Assembly (NCBI GenBank): GCA_012295275.1
Contig: CM022669.1
Span: 9,610,001-9,674,000 of the forward strand
Reading direction: 5' to 3'
Origin: Chrysomallon squamiferum
Lineage: Eukaryota; Animalia; Mollusca
DNA length: 64,000 bases
Shown here piece by piece: positions 42,216 to 55,912 of the stretch. Below the pieces are notes generated by a model, which saw nothing but the letters and a program-made list of their open reading frames with translations, was not told where the DNA came from and did not search any database. Positions within the stretch are counted from its first letter, which is position 1. Each line of letters opens with the position of its first letter. Made by a program: the position numbers and the translations under genes.

Positions 42216-44091
42216 AAAACTGAAAAAGTGAATTCAGGAAGAGCTCCAAGACAAAAAAAGCTGAAAAGAAATAGTAAACACAGCGTTATAAATTAAATAA
42301 GAAAAATATCTAAAGAAGCTGAAAACAATTATTTTCTAATAGCTAAGTCGATAGAGGCAATTTGAAAAATTATAAATAGGATTAATTTAATGTAGTGGAT
42401 GTAATAGACCTAATCAACAAACGTGAACCGAAACTGCAGAAATCAGAATTAGTAGATTCACGTCATCACATTAAGATTTTTAAAATATAATAACTGTTGA
42501 ATTCAATGAATTGTTCGCTGTAATGATGCCCAGGAGAGCAACAATCAAAGTTTAGTGTTGCATCAAACAATATATGTCAACAATATTAAATACAACAGGT
42601 GTAAAACAACAAGTAATGAGTTCTATAGTAAACGGTATATAATTTATATTGTTAATTTCGAACACAGATAAGAAATAACAGAAGAAGAAGAAGAAGAAGA
42701 AGAAGAAGAAGAAGAAATGAAATAATATATTATGATGGCTGTGTGGCATCAAGCAGTTTAATTCGTTCAGTGTAAAATAAAAAAACAACAACAACAAACT
42801 ATTTGTCGTAATATTATACGTCAATATCATTGTAACAGAAATCATCATTTATCGATTTCGTATCCGAGGCAGCAGACGTTTGATCATGTACACGGACCAA
42901 TAACAAACGTCTGCGATTTAAATGCATTACCTGACAGTTAAAACCTGAACCGAATGAAATTTATCACAATAATTACAAGACGTAGAATGATTTACAAGAA
43001 GACACTGTGTAATAAAAAGATATTTCGATTTATAAAAATCCATTTTAATTAAGGGGGGGGAGAAACATTCAAGAAAATTATATAGATCAATAAACGTGAA
43101 ATGATCTGAAAATTGCAATAGCGATGAGCTACATAAAGATTCTGTCTCAGTTTAATATCATAAAAAAGAAAAGTACAGCAACGAGGTAAATATATACGGC
43201 TTTATAAATTTAAAAGGAAAAGCATAGTAATGAGGTCAGTATATTGATTTATATGTGAGTGAAGCTATTTGCCGATTAACTAATGGTTTTAATATTAGTA
43301 TCATGTAAAGAAGATGGATCTGCGATCTTATTGGTTCATTGTTTTCAGAAGACCGCGAATTTCCGAAAATCAAGACTATACATCAAGAATTTATCAGCTA
43401 TTTTAAAGCTTACATCAGATATGAACATTTCTGCATATCAGTATAACAACAACCAATGAATATTGTGATAATTAAGATCAACGAAGGTGAATAGTAAAAA
43501 CAGCAATTAAAAGTCAATTTGGAAGAAATATGAAAGGAATCACTCAAAGATAGGTCGTGCTGAATTATATTACCTGCGAGTGATAAGAACTAAGACATTA
43601 TTGGATACTAAACTATTTTTGAAAGAAGCTCAAAAGTATCAGCCGTCGTACGGAAACAGAAAGGTGATTAAAACAAAACTGAAGAAAAGTGAATTAGGGA
43701 AAAGCCCCAAATGCATATGACTGAGAAGAAATGGTAAATATAGCGTTTTAAATTAATTAAGAAAAATATCTAAAGAAGCTGAAAACAATTAACTTCTAAT
43801 GGTTCAGTTGATAGGGGCAATTTGAAAACAAACATATAAATTGGATTAATTTAATGTAGTGGATATGATAAACCTAGTCAACAGAAATCAGAATCAGCAG
43901 ATTCACGTCATCATGTAAGATTTTAAAAATGTAATTATTGTTGAATACTGTGAATTTTTTCGCTGTAATGGTGCCCATTTCGAACAGGGATAAGAAATAA
44001 TAGAAGAAGAAGAAGAAGAAGAAGAAGAAGAAAAATAAAAGAGTCTATTATGATGGCTGTGGAATCAAGCAGTTTAATTCGTTCACTGTAA
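42211..44091. repeat. Diverged direct duplication upstream of Amt (42211-~42775 and ~43670-44091)
   Basis: Shared blocks aagaaaaatatctaaagaagctgaaaacaatt, gattcacgtcatca and atgatggctgt...atcaagcagtttaattcgttca. Confidence 0.85.
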
Positions 44092-44118
44092 ACTGAAAAT
44101 TGCCTCGAGTTTACCAAG

Positions 44119-47100
44119 ATGACAGAAAATATGACGACATACTCCACTGAAAAAGACGGGATTAGCAGCAAAGACGACAACGTTACGGGGTCGACTGCAG
44201 CGTACCCGAGGTCGACGGCGACTTGGGACGACGCGACGTGGATTCTCACCAGTTCATTCATCATCTTCACCATGCAGTCAGGTTCGGTGCTGTCGTAGTT
44301 GCGGTTCAACGTCACGTTATCATTATCTTCATCGTCGTCGTTATTAGCTATTCCTTTCTTTTTTTCTTTTTCTTCTTCTGTCGTTTTTGTTGTTGTTGTT
44401 TCTGTTATTAATATTACTGTAATAATTATATTTATTGTTGTATTTATTGTTATATTTTTTATAATAGTTATTATTATTGCTGTTGTTCTTATTGTTGTTG
44501 TTGTCCTTCCTATTATTATTATTATTACCAGTATAAATGATAATTACGTACTCTAGAATTAATAAAGATAAATATTTGCATCTAATCCTGAAAAAAAATT
44601 AAAAGAAAATAAAAGAAATAAAAGATTAATGTTAACAAGCGATCACACAGATATTGTATTTCATCCAACTGATCAGCTGACATATTAAATCTTGTCGCTT
44701 TACCAGAGATAATACAGTTATGTGAATTATATTTTTATCATCAGAGGACTTATTCCCTGTCACTAAAGTTTGAAATTACCAGCCATTATTATAGAATCAT
44801 ATTTCAGTGTATTTTCATCCACTATAAACATTTGTGTATAACCTATTATATGAGTGTTTGTATGTGAATGTATGTGTGTGTATGCATATATGTATGTATG
44901 CATGTACGTACATATGTATATATATATGTGTGTGTGGGTGGGTGGGTGGGTGTCTGTATGTATGTATTTGTGTGTGTGTTTCTGTGTATAGATAGATAGA
45001 TATACATATATGCATGTAAGTGTATGTGTGTATGTATAAACGATCTAAAGAGATAATGGATATTTTTTTAAAAATTATTATGTATCATCATTCACAACAG
45101 CAATGTTATTAAGCTTTTACTGAATTATGAACGCTATATTACGAGTATAATTTCATATACTTAAAGGTTATTTATCTTTTCGTTCTTGTTAAAATGAACT
45201 TTCAATAAAGTACCAGGAAATAATATGAACATATTATGTATATTTTCGATATGGTTCTAGATAGCAATCTTTAATAATAACAAAGTAATTTAAGAAGCTG
45301 CCATTTGTTCTCCATTCCTTTACTGTGACGAATGATGTCATTACTTATATGTATATAATAATAGTAAAAATGGCGGCGATGATGAGAATGATGATGATTA
45401 TGATGATGATAATGACGACGACGACAAATAGAACAAAAACAGTAATAAATGAAAGAAAGAAAAAAGAATGATAATCAGATTATACATTAATCTGCTCATT
45501 TATAATCAAAAAGCAAACCGCCGAACGGTTCTCTATTAAATTTACCAATTATACATGAATTTGTTTCTGAAAAAGAAACAATTAATAAATTTCTCATCAT
45601 CATAAAACATGATATATACGCAAGAAACAAACACGATCATTAGAATAAATGGTTAGGAGCTTAATGTTCTGTTAATGTTCTATTGTCATCCTTAATTATT
45701 AAGAAAGTTTGATTTACATCAGTAAATGAAAGACTTGCAAAGTATACAACAAAGAATGAAACGGTGGATATCAGTTGCTGCTGGTTTTAACATTTAAAAA
45801 TACACAAGGATCAGACAGATTGTGGCAGTATTATTTATTAAAAGTTGGATGATAATGATAATGGTGATGATGATGATGATGATGATAAGAAAAAGAAGAA
45901 AAAAATGAGATGAAAAAGAGAAAGAAGAACATTAGATATTTTTATGAATTAATATGTCTTTTATATATTTTTACAACATAATCGTCGTCATCATCATCAT
46001 TATCATCATCTTTCTTTTTTCATCATTTCATTTTCTTATTACAATTATGAAAATATTACGCTACTGATATATAACCTAAAAGTTAATTTGTTCTTCTGCA
46101 TTCCTTTTATTTTATTAGTATTATTATTTTAATTTAGAAAATAAATAATAGCCTGTTTACAATTTATTTGTAATGGGTTTCCAAGTTCTAACATCAGAAC
46201 TGGGTGAAATATAACAGTTCTGATGTTCTTCTCAGAGTTAGTTAGAACGGGCAAATACTCTGGGTTATTTGTATAAAAAAAAAAAAAGTATGGGCAAAAT
46301 ATTCTTCAGTTTGTTAGATAATTTGTATTAGAAAAGGACTGTATTGTAATGATTGGGAATCGCCTGAAGAAAACACTCCTTAAACGCGATCCCCAAGAAA
46401 GTTAAGTTTAGTATTCATCAACCAATCACTGAAATCTCGTTTCAAAATATTGTCTCTTCTCACGCACGAAACGACCTGATTATCTCGTGCTTCTTAATTA
46501 GGTGAAACCTTTCAAAGATACGTACGTATGTGTGTCTCATAGACAAGATGTATAAGAAAATATGCGGCTAAAAAGGGAATTCACTAAAGACAAATTATTT
46601 CATAATGATTCATCACTTTATTTTCTACTTAATCAATAATGATTGAAAAGAACGGACAAAACTCTTTATTAAACTAATGAGTTGCTACTTATTTTCGTTA
46701 ATAATTTTTGTTCTTTTTTTTTTTTTTTTTTTTTTCCTTTTTTCTAAAAGGTTCTCTGGCATTGAAAAATTTCGATTATATTTTGCATTCTGATTCTTTT
46801 TAATGATATTTTACGTCATGAAGTAATAACCTCCATTATTTATATAAACTAATGACCCGCCCCCCTCTGATCAATATGAGATCGTGAAATGTGTGTGGTC
46901 TTAAGAAGGAAAAAAGTGGAAACATTTTTCACCAATAATACTTGTTACGTCACAACAGGCATATAAAATTAGGTGGAGTACGCAGCTATCGAGTGCATCG
47001 TTGTATAGATGATTTCATAATTTTCTTAACATACAGTAACAGTTATCAGTATTAATGTTAACATAAAACACATACACACACACCTATATACATACAAAAA

Positions 47101-47158
47101 CACCCACACACACCTATATACATACAAAAACACACACACATTCCTATATACATACAAA

Positions 47159-47190
<32 letters not shown>

Positions 47191-47361
47191 ATTTAGTAAC
47201 TTTAGATGGAGAATGTTATAAATTGTCTTGTGTTTAAATTATATATTACTGTCTTAGAAGAAAAAGATTCCAAAATGTTCTCAATCGAGTATGTTTGTAG
47301 ATGTACAAGTTAAGAAAACTGGAACGAAGTAACGAATTCTTTAGTCATATTCCTCCTTTTA

Positions 47362-47402
<41 letters not shown>

Positions 47403-47411
47403 GTAGTAGTA

Positions 47412-47447
<36 letters not shown>

Positions 47448-49803
47448 TTGATTTATTTCAAGGTTTTGGTCTTCTTGAAAGCGGGTATGCATCGTGCAAG
47501 AATGAAGTAAATGTCATGGCAAAAAACGTCGCCGACGTCATTTTTGGCGGACTTTCGTACTGGATTGCTGGATACGGCTTGACGTACGGCACCGAGTACG
47601 GCAGCAACGGCTTTTGTGGAGTTGGACATTTCTTTGTTAATGAGGAGGGTAAAATCTAATTATCTTTTCTACTATTCATTTTAATTTAATTTTATACTAC
47701 AACAATACTGATATTACCAATCAACTACTATTCATTTCATTTTAATTTTATCAAACTTTTACTGATATTACAACAACAACTACTATTACTGTTACTAGTA
47801 CCACTACTCGTACTACTACTACCGCTACTATTACTACAACTTCCACAACTGAATTGTTGTTATTACAATTGCTGGCGTTTTGTCACATTTTGATTCGTTG
47901 AATTATGCTCTTTCAATTTCTAGTTTCTTAAAAGTAATACTACTACAGAATTTCGTTTTTCAAAGCAAATTTCTGTCCAGTAAATGTTTTTAAGCTGATT
48001 CTGGATAACAGATTATTATAATTATTTACTGAAACTGAACAAACTGTTAAGACTGCTACGACGGAAGACACAAAATTCAGTCACCCATCTCTGCCGGATG
48101 TTGTTAAATAAAACTAATTTTCTAAAATATATATATACTTTTTTTTATTTTTTACACTTCAAAGATGACGAAGACATGGGCGAAGAGTTCTCCAGATTCG
48201 TTTTCCAGTCAGCATTTGCAACAACGGCGACAACAATAGTCTCAGGTAGATACAATAGACGCCTACTCTTGCTTTGCTGACGTCACCGCAGATGTCTGTG
48301 TTTTTGTTCGCTAATGGACAGCATTTAGTATGACCGATAAACAGTTTCCGGTTTGTTTGGCCTCAGACGTAACGTTTTATTTTAAGTAGTTCACCGTTTT
48401 GTTTTCTTATGTAATTGTACTTCGTGCTGGAATAACGGCATCAGTTCGAAACAAAACAATAACCAGTCTATAACAAATTATGTCCTCAGTAATGTAATTT
48501 TGTTTTGATTTACTGCAGCTGGTGAAGAAGGGTGATTGTGAATGCGTGTGCACGTGTACTCTCTGAGACTGACATAATTATACACTGAGTCATATAAACA
48601 TACGTACATACACACATTAACACATGTAGATTACACACACACACATATTCAAATACATACATTCATATACTAATATACATACACACATACACGCACTGAC
48701 ATACAAACATATACATACACTCGTACAAACACATACATAACAAACATACACACATAAATACGTACATACGTATTGTCAAAGAGACAAATACACAACGATC
48801 ATCTTAATTTACGAATATAATTATCTATAACACCGAAAATGTAAAAGATTAAAGTCCACAGGACTGGTATAATCTAGAAATCATGTCTAATGTTTACTTT
48901 ATTTTTGGGGAATTTGTTTAGGAGCTGTAGCGGAACGGACGAAGTTTTCCTCCTACATAATTTTCTCCTTCTTCAACACTTTCATCTTCTGTTTTCCCGC
49001 CCACTGGATCTGGGCGGAAGCTGGATGGCTGCACAAAATGGACGTCGTGGATTTTGCAGGCGATGGACCAGTTCATTTAGTAGGAGGGGTGTCAGCACTT
49101 GTCGCGGCACTAATGGTTAAACCGAGACTAAAGCGATTCACAAGCGAAGACAACTACAAAATGGGATCGCCTACCAATGCTCTCTTGGGAACTTTTATTT
49201 TGTGGTAATTAACAATGTTTTAACGTTACGTAAAGTGATAAGCAGCAAAGAACCATTTAACTGCCCATACCCTTAAACAGGATACTATATATTATGATTA
49301 TATATCACCAGGTTATCTTTGTTCTTCCTCTCATAGTGTTTCAGTATGTTTTAAGTACTTCTGAGTTGTTTCCCCTTAATTACTTCTATATAAAAATGTC
49401 TATAATATTAAATAGAACCGAATATAACCATTCTGACTACATATATTTTTTTCTCTTGATAAAATTCAACAACAACACAACAACAACAAAAACATTACAA
49501 ACAGAAACAACAACAACAAATAAAGAAAACACACACATACACACACAAAAGACAACAACAACAACAACAAAACATAAGAACATGACTATAGTGTTTTGTT
49601 TCGTATTATACTGTAGGAGCATAGTTTAAACTATAACTTTTTTATACTGATTTCGCAAGTGCAACACTTATAATAAAGGTAAACATGTAATCAGTATTTA
49701 CTTTTCTCAAACTACAGGTGGGGATGGCTTGCTTTCAACTGTGGCAGTACGTACGGCATCAGTGGAGGCAAATGGAAAATCGCAGCTAGGTATGTATGTT
49801 TGT

Positions 49804-49854
<51 letters not shown>

Positions 49855-51942
49855 TATATATATATATGTATTACGTGAGTGAATGTTTATGTGAGTGTAT
49901 GTTTGCATATGTATATATGTGTGTGTGTGTATGTTATGTGTATATGTGTGTCTATGTATGTGTGTGTGTGTATATATATGGATAAATATAGATAGATATA
50001 TAACAGTGTTATCATTTCATAGGCCTGTATATAACTGTTGGACGGTTGACCGTTATACAGGCACAGACGGGCAGATAAAAATAACTAAATGGCTAAATAA
50101 CAAAAACACCGATGAATTTGATAAAATAACTCAGAAAATAAATTTATTTATTTAATTGCAGGAGTGCGGCTAAAACCCTGATAAAATCAACAGGTGTATG
50201 TATTGCTGGATGTATCTATGAGGTAAATGAAAATTAAATTGTATTTTTTTTCTTTCTTTCTTTGGATTTTGTTTTATTTTATTTTAAATGAAAACCTTTT
50301 TTTTTTTTTCTTTTTTTTTTATCTGGTATTCCCGCTTTTTTGGCATTTCGCAAAAACTGATATCTTATTTCAAACGTTTAATTGTTCATTTCAGATGTAT
50401 TATGATACTTTTATTTCCTTCATCTAGGCACAACTTTCAACACACGTTTAAGACTTTACAACAGCAGAAAAATGATTTTACTTTGCTTTTTAAATGATGA
50501 TGTCATTGTTATAATTTATTGCAGCTTCATCGTTCATAAAAGGCAATTTGACATCAGCTACATAATAAACAGCATTCTTGCATCTCTTGTTTCTATTACA
50601 GGTATATGAAATTTAAATTAAAAGTTCTAAATATATTATTTTATTTTATTTTATTTATTATTTTATTAAAATAAAAATGAGAATGAAAAATAATAAATGT
50701 TAAAATAATAAAATAAAATAAAATAAAATAAAATAAAATGATTTTAAAATAAGTAAATAAGAATATTAATATCAAATAACGATGATAATTTTGAAATGAA
50801 AAATAAAACAAAAGGAAATTAAAACATATTTGAAATATTTCTTAACTTAGTGCATTTAGCTGCATTCATTATTATTTATAACGTTGTGCAAGGTATCTGC
50901 GGTGTGACTAGTACATGGGAGGCAACTCTGATTGGATTTATCGGTGGTTCTTTGGCTATTGGCGCAGACGCAGTCATGAGACGTCTTCACATCGACGACC
51001 CCGTCGGCGTGTTCGCCGTACACGGCATCGGCGGCTGCTGGGGGCTGATAGCATGCGGTTTGTTCGCTCATAAAGACAGAATCACGTTTTCCTATTCCAA
51101 ACACAACGGACTGCTTTGGGTACGCCAAGCACAGATGTTTTACCATCTTCCTCGTTCTCTCTTTCTCTACACCTGTATCTGACTTTGTCTACTAGCCACC
51201 TGAATAGTGAAATGCATTAATCAATGTTTAGTTGCACTCGTAACATATTTTCATAATTAATGAACGTTTAGCAGGGGTCAAGTTTAACCGATTCCACCTT
51301 TTGAGTAGACTGTACTTATCGACAGGCTGAGGAAATCTGTAATGGTTAACGCTCCCAAGGATAAAAAAAAAAAAAAAATGAGTGACTGGAGATAAATAAA
51401 CTGTAAGTTCAAACAGCCAAAGGGGATTGAAGTGAAGTGTGAATCGTATCTGTTTAAATAAACAAACAAACAAATAAATAAATAAATAAAAACATCACCT
51501 GAACATTCATCAGTCCGTGCTAATTGACTTGTTTATTTTGTAGGGTGGCGGACCATTTCTTCTGGGCGTGGAATGTTTAGCAATTGTTTCCATAGCAACA
51601 TGGTCAGCTGTTACGTCATTTATCTTTCTCAAAGTCATCGATCTGACACTAGGTCTACGTCTCAGCAGAGAAGAAGAAGAACTGGGCTCCGATTTCGTGG
51701 AACACGGAATCCGCTCCACTCGTCAGCTCGTGAATGTGGTAGAGTTATCGGACGTGTCAAGAAGAGACAACTCTGTCAAAGAGAATGGGGCGACAACTGA
51801 AAGATGGAAAGATAATTGGACTTTCAAGATACCGTCCCAAGTTCAGTCGTCCCCAAGTCCGGTAAAAGACGAAGAGAGACATTCGACTAGTTACTCGTCT
51901 CAGATCTGTTTAGTTAGTTATACCCAGAACACCACGCACTGA
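44119..51942 (+). CDS. amt: Ammonium transporter (Amt/Mep family, invertebrate Amt3-like; ~515 aa, 9 exons; apparent +1 frameshift in exon 6)
   Basis: Exons 44119-44281, 47463-47648, 48165-48245, 48922-49204, 49718-49789, 50162-50222, 50525-50601, 50893-51119 and 51544-51942. Motifs: WDDATWILTSSFIIFTMQSGFGLLESG, FQSAFATTATTIVSGAVAER, DFAGDGPVHLVGG, LWWGWLAFNCGS, IDDPVGVFAVHG and GLRLSREEEELGSDFVEHG. Both pore His are present. Confidence 0.93.
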
Positions 51943-51967
51943 TCTCACTAGTTAATTAATTAAATAC

Positions 51968-52032
<65 letters not shown>

Positions 52033-52307
52033 TTAAATAAAAAAATAATTAACATAATAATAATAGTCATTTTGCAATGATAATAACGTTAATGTTGAAA
52101 GCCATTAAATGTCTTTGACAAGTCAAAATACACTGACCGATGTGTACCTTTGATGATATGATCAAATCACCTGAATACATTTTGATTATATCCAGCTTAC
52201 CAAATGTTTTAATTGTTGAAACTAATTTGTGTTAATAATAAAGTGTGACAGTAAAATAGCCAGATCTTGGGGATGAATGGTGATGTCATTTTCTATTTTA
52301 TAGTAAT

Positions 52308-52542
<235 letters not shown>

Positions 52543-52867
52543 GTCTGTGTGTGGTATGTGTGTTTGTATATGTTAATGTATATGTGTGAATGTATTTATG
52601 TAAGTATGCATATATACATCTATGTATGTTTGTGTATACATATGTATATATGTAAGTGTGCGTGTATGTATGTATGTAAATAAATTCCATTCGCGTTGGA
52701 CTCGAGTACGTTTAGTTTGTTTCTATTCACTATATATTCAGCAGTTTTACAATCAGAAATAAAAGTTATAAATAAACTAAACAAAACCATTTTTTTCCTC
52801 CTCAAAAAATATAAAAGTTAACTCTTTCAGTGACAGTTTTCTATCAGTTGTGTACTTGTGTGTTTTG

Positions 52868-53065
52868 TGTGTGGAGGGGTGTTTGTGTGAGTGTGGGTGT
52901 TTGTGTGAGTGTGGGTGTTTGTGTGAGTGTGGGTGTTTGTGTGAGTGTGGGTGTTTGTGTGAGTGTGGGTGTTTGTGTGAGTGTGGGTGTTTGTGTGAGT
53001 GTGGGTGTTTGTGTGAGTGTGGGTGTTTGTGTGAGTGTGGGTGTTTGTGTGAGTGTGGGTGTTTG
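52868..53065. repeat. 18-bp perfect minisatellite (gggtgtttgtgtgagtgt)n
   Basis: About 11 identical units, which produce the spurious HKHPHS and GCLCEC ORFs. Confidence 0.92.
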
Positions 53066-53850
53066 TGGTGTGTGTATACATACACACGTATGTTAGTATG
53101 TCTCGGCAAAAATTTCTAGATTTATGTTTTTGAATGTCTTTTTTTATATATTGATATATCTGAGTGAAGCGTAAAAATAAAGGTATTTTTTGTGTATTAA
53201 TATTTTGGTGAATGTTTTGTATTTTAGTGAGTTTTAAAAAAAAATGCATATCGTTTATAATAAGGATATAGTATTACGACATATATAAATAATAATGTAT
53301 TCTTATTGTTATTGTTGATATCGTTATTTTTGTTATTGTTATTGTTGATATCGTTATTTTTGTTATTGTTATTGTTGTTTATAGTTACTGTTATACAAAT
53401 ATTTTTTTAAATTGTGAAACATGAGAAATGGAAGTAAAACTAAGTCTGACATCTGCATAACAGACGAAAAACAAAACTTTATAAAAAATTAATAGACCTG
53501 AATTGCAGAACTCTGCAAGTGAAATGTACGTTTAACTACAGCCCCGCAGGAAAGACAAATCTCTTATGTCAGTATTGACACATATGTTGTTGTTCTTTGG
53601 GGGTTTTTTTTTTTTTGCCGGTTTCAGTTGCCAAACTTAATTAGATTTCGATTAAGGATGACTCAAAATCAGAACTAATATAAATAATTTTGAGCAAATC
53701 CACTGAAAGGTATTATTATGTGATTTTAAAGTCGTTTTATAAAAAAATGTTTAATAAATATTTCTTAGAATATGCATTCATTTTACCCATGAAGTATTTT
53801 CAAAATACCTTTAACTGTTATTACACAGGCCATTCAGGCAGTCTACAAAA

Positions 53851-53993
<143 letters not shown>

Positions 53994-54194
53994 CGCTCGC
54001 TCGCTGTGTAGGTATATGTTTTAAATAAAAATAACGTCAGTATACAGTTATGAGGTCACAAATGAAAATGGCATAACGGTCTTAATTGTAGACAACACTT
54101 ATTGCCCTCAAATCACATTTGTATCCTTCCAATTTTTACAGAAGGCCGGTTGTCTTCAAGTCCTCTACTCAGTAGTTCCAAGCTAGGTACGATG

Positions 54195-54562
54195 ACCCGG
54201 GCAATATATTCCATGATATTTGTAATAATGTATCACAGTATCCATGCAGTATTTCCCAGGTTAGAATAACAATCTTTAGAGTTCTAAGATTGATTTTCAC
54301 GTCAACCAAGCAATATTTTTCAATTAAAATCATTTACAGTTCTGAGATATATGATCATATGAACCAATGTAAGAACAAAGATTTCACAATTCGAAGACTT
54401 ATGATCACATACACTGTGTAATATTTTCCAAATTATGTACAGTCATTTAGAGTTCAAAGGAATATCATCACATCAACCAGGCAATATCTTCCAATGCATA
54501 CATGATGATTTTACAATTCTAAGCCTTCTGATCATACATCTACCAAGCAATATTTTCCAAGG
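54195..54562. repeat. Degenerate ~65-bp tandem repeat starting at the stop codon of the 421-aa gene
   Basis: Recurring cca(a/g)gcaatat(t/c)ttccaa...tt(t)acaattc...tgatcata units. The outermost unit overlaps ...ENIAW*. Confidence 0.7.
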
Positions 54563-55805
54563 TATGAACCGTTTTGATTTTAGACAGAGCAGACTGCCAT
54601 GCTATTTTGTGGATGCTTTCTCGGTCGTAAACGTCGCGACTCTGTGGATTGTGTGCCTCGACTGGAGAGAGGATCTCAGTTCTGTAACCTCTTCTTTTAC
54701 TTGACTGGTCAATCGATTCAAGATTACTGGCCATCTGTCTGCGTTTTTGTAGCAGTCTGAATTTGTTCACCCTGTAGACAAGAGACGAGAAACTCAGCAG
54801 GTTTTTACGCTTCATTGAATCGGCCTCACTTTCCGAGACTCGGCCAGTGTCTCCGTTTTCCGTCTGCTTGCAGGAATTCGCCGTAGCGTCGTTCTCCGAC
54901 TCTCCGGAGTAACCGAATTTGATTGGATAAAACACGTTAGCGGTCTTTGTGATCGCGGACGCCTGAGAAGGACTCTCTCCTCTGAAGTTGACGTGGTCTC
55001 TGATGTCTGGGATCTTGTTTCTTTTGTCTGGAGACGTGCTCTTGTAAGCGAGGGTGTCCACGAGCTGAACGAGAAGACGAGTGTTTGACGACCTGTGTTG
55101 AAGTTTAACCAGGTCAGAGTAAGACACGCCAAATTTCTTCTTCTTCTTCGTTCGCTCCTGCAAACTCGCCTGCTCATCTGCGCCTGAATGATGCTTCTCT
55201 TCGATTGCCGTCCCTAAAATCGACTGGGTTCCTCGCTCCTCGGAAATGGGAGGTAGATGTATAATGGATGTCTGCTCGTTATACTTTTCAGAATCATCAT
55301 TTCCTCCTTCGACGTCGTGGTCCAACTTTTCAGTCTTTTTCTTGTTGCCTTGTTTGACTAAAACAGCACATGTTTTATGTTTCCTATTTCTCGTGCTGTT
55401 CCGTTTCTCTACGTCAAAATTCGACAAATTCCGTCCTTTCGAATCTTCGCAATCACTGTCATCGTCATCTTTTTCCTCTACTTCCTCCACGTTTTCAAAA
55501 GCACCTTCAGTTTCACTCTCCGCATTATTAACGATCTTTGCCTCGGAAATAAGCGGTTCTTTGGTTTTTCTCATTTCCTCTATTTTTTGCAGTTTGTGCT
55601 GTCGAATCAGCTTACTGTATCGGAGCATGGAGCGCCGAAGTCGGATCTGCTCCCGTTTGATTCCGTTGATCTTTACGTTCATGTCCTTTCTGTATGAGTT
55701 GATTTTCCTCCTGTACTGAACCTCGCTGTTTGCCACGCGCGTGATCGTCACTTTGTTGATTTCACTTTGGTGACCTGCAAGACGAGCGTACGAGGCCGGG
55801 AGCAT
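54540..55805 (-). CDS. Uncharacterised 421-aa protein: N-terminal basic coiled coil, acidic/low-complexity middle, conserved-looking C-terminal helix
   Basis: Long, relatively GC-rich, non-repetitive ORF. The acceptor tatttacag precedes exon start 55827, and the first ATG is at 55805 (MLPASYARL...). The upstream part of the 463-aa track ORF is intronic (CA)n. Confidence 0.8.
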   Translation of the reverse strand: MLPASYARLAGHQSEINKVTITRVANSEVQYRRKINSYRKDMNVKINGIKREQIRLRRSMLRYSKLIRQHKLQKIEEMRKTKEPLISEAKIVNNAESETEGAFENVEEVEEKDDDDSDCEDSKGRNLSNFDVEKRNSTRNRKHKTCAVLVKQGNKKKTEKLDHDVEGGNDDSEKYNEQTSIIHLPPISEERGTQSILGTAIEEKHHSGADEQASLQERTKKKKKFGVSYSDLVKLQHRSSNTRLLVQLVDTLAYKSTSPDKRNKIPDIRDHVNFRGESPSQASAITKTANVFYPIKFGYSGESENDATANSCKQTENGDTGRVSESEADSMKRKNLLSFSSLVYRVNKFRLLQKRRQMASNLESIDQSSKRRGYRTEILSPVEAHNPQSRDVYDRESIHKIAWQSALSKIKTVHTLENIAW

Positions 55806-55861
55806 TGCGTTGTTCAAGATGAGAAACCTGTAAATAAATAAATAAATAAATAAATAATGAT

Positions 55862-55912
<51 letters not shown>

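Noticed and set aside
43935-44315. 126-aa minus-strand ORF
   Set aside because: Antisense shadow of Amt exon 1 plus a (GAA)n repeat.
46190-46227. 13-bp stem hairpin in Amt intron 1
   Set aside because: Too short for a pre-miRNA and plausible by chance or local template switching.
54812-55719. Overlapping 121-, 157- and 106-aa ORFs
   Set aside because: Alternative-frame or antisense shadows of the 421-aa CDS.
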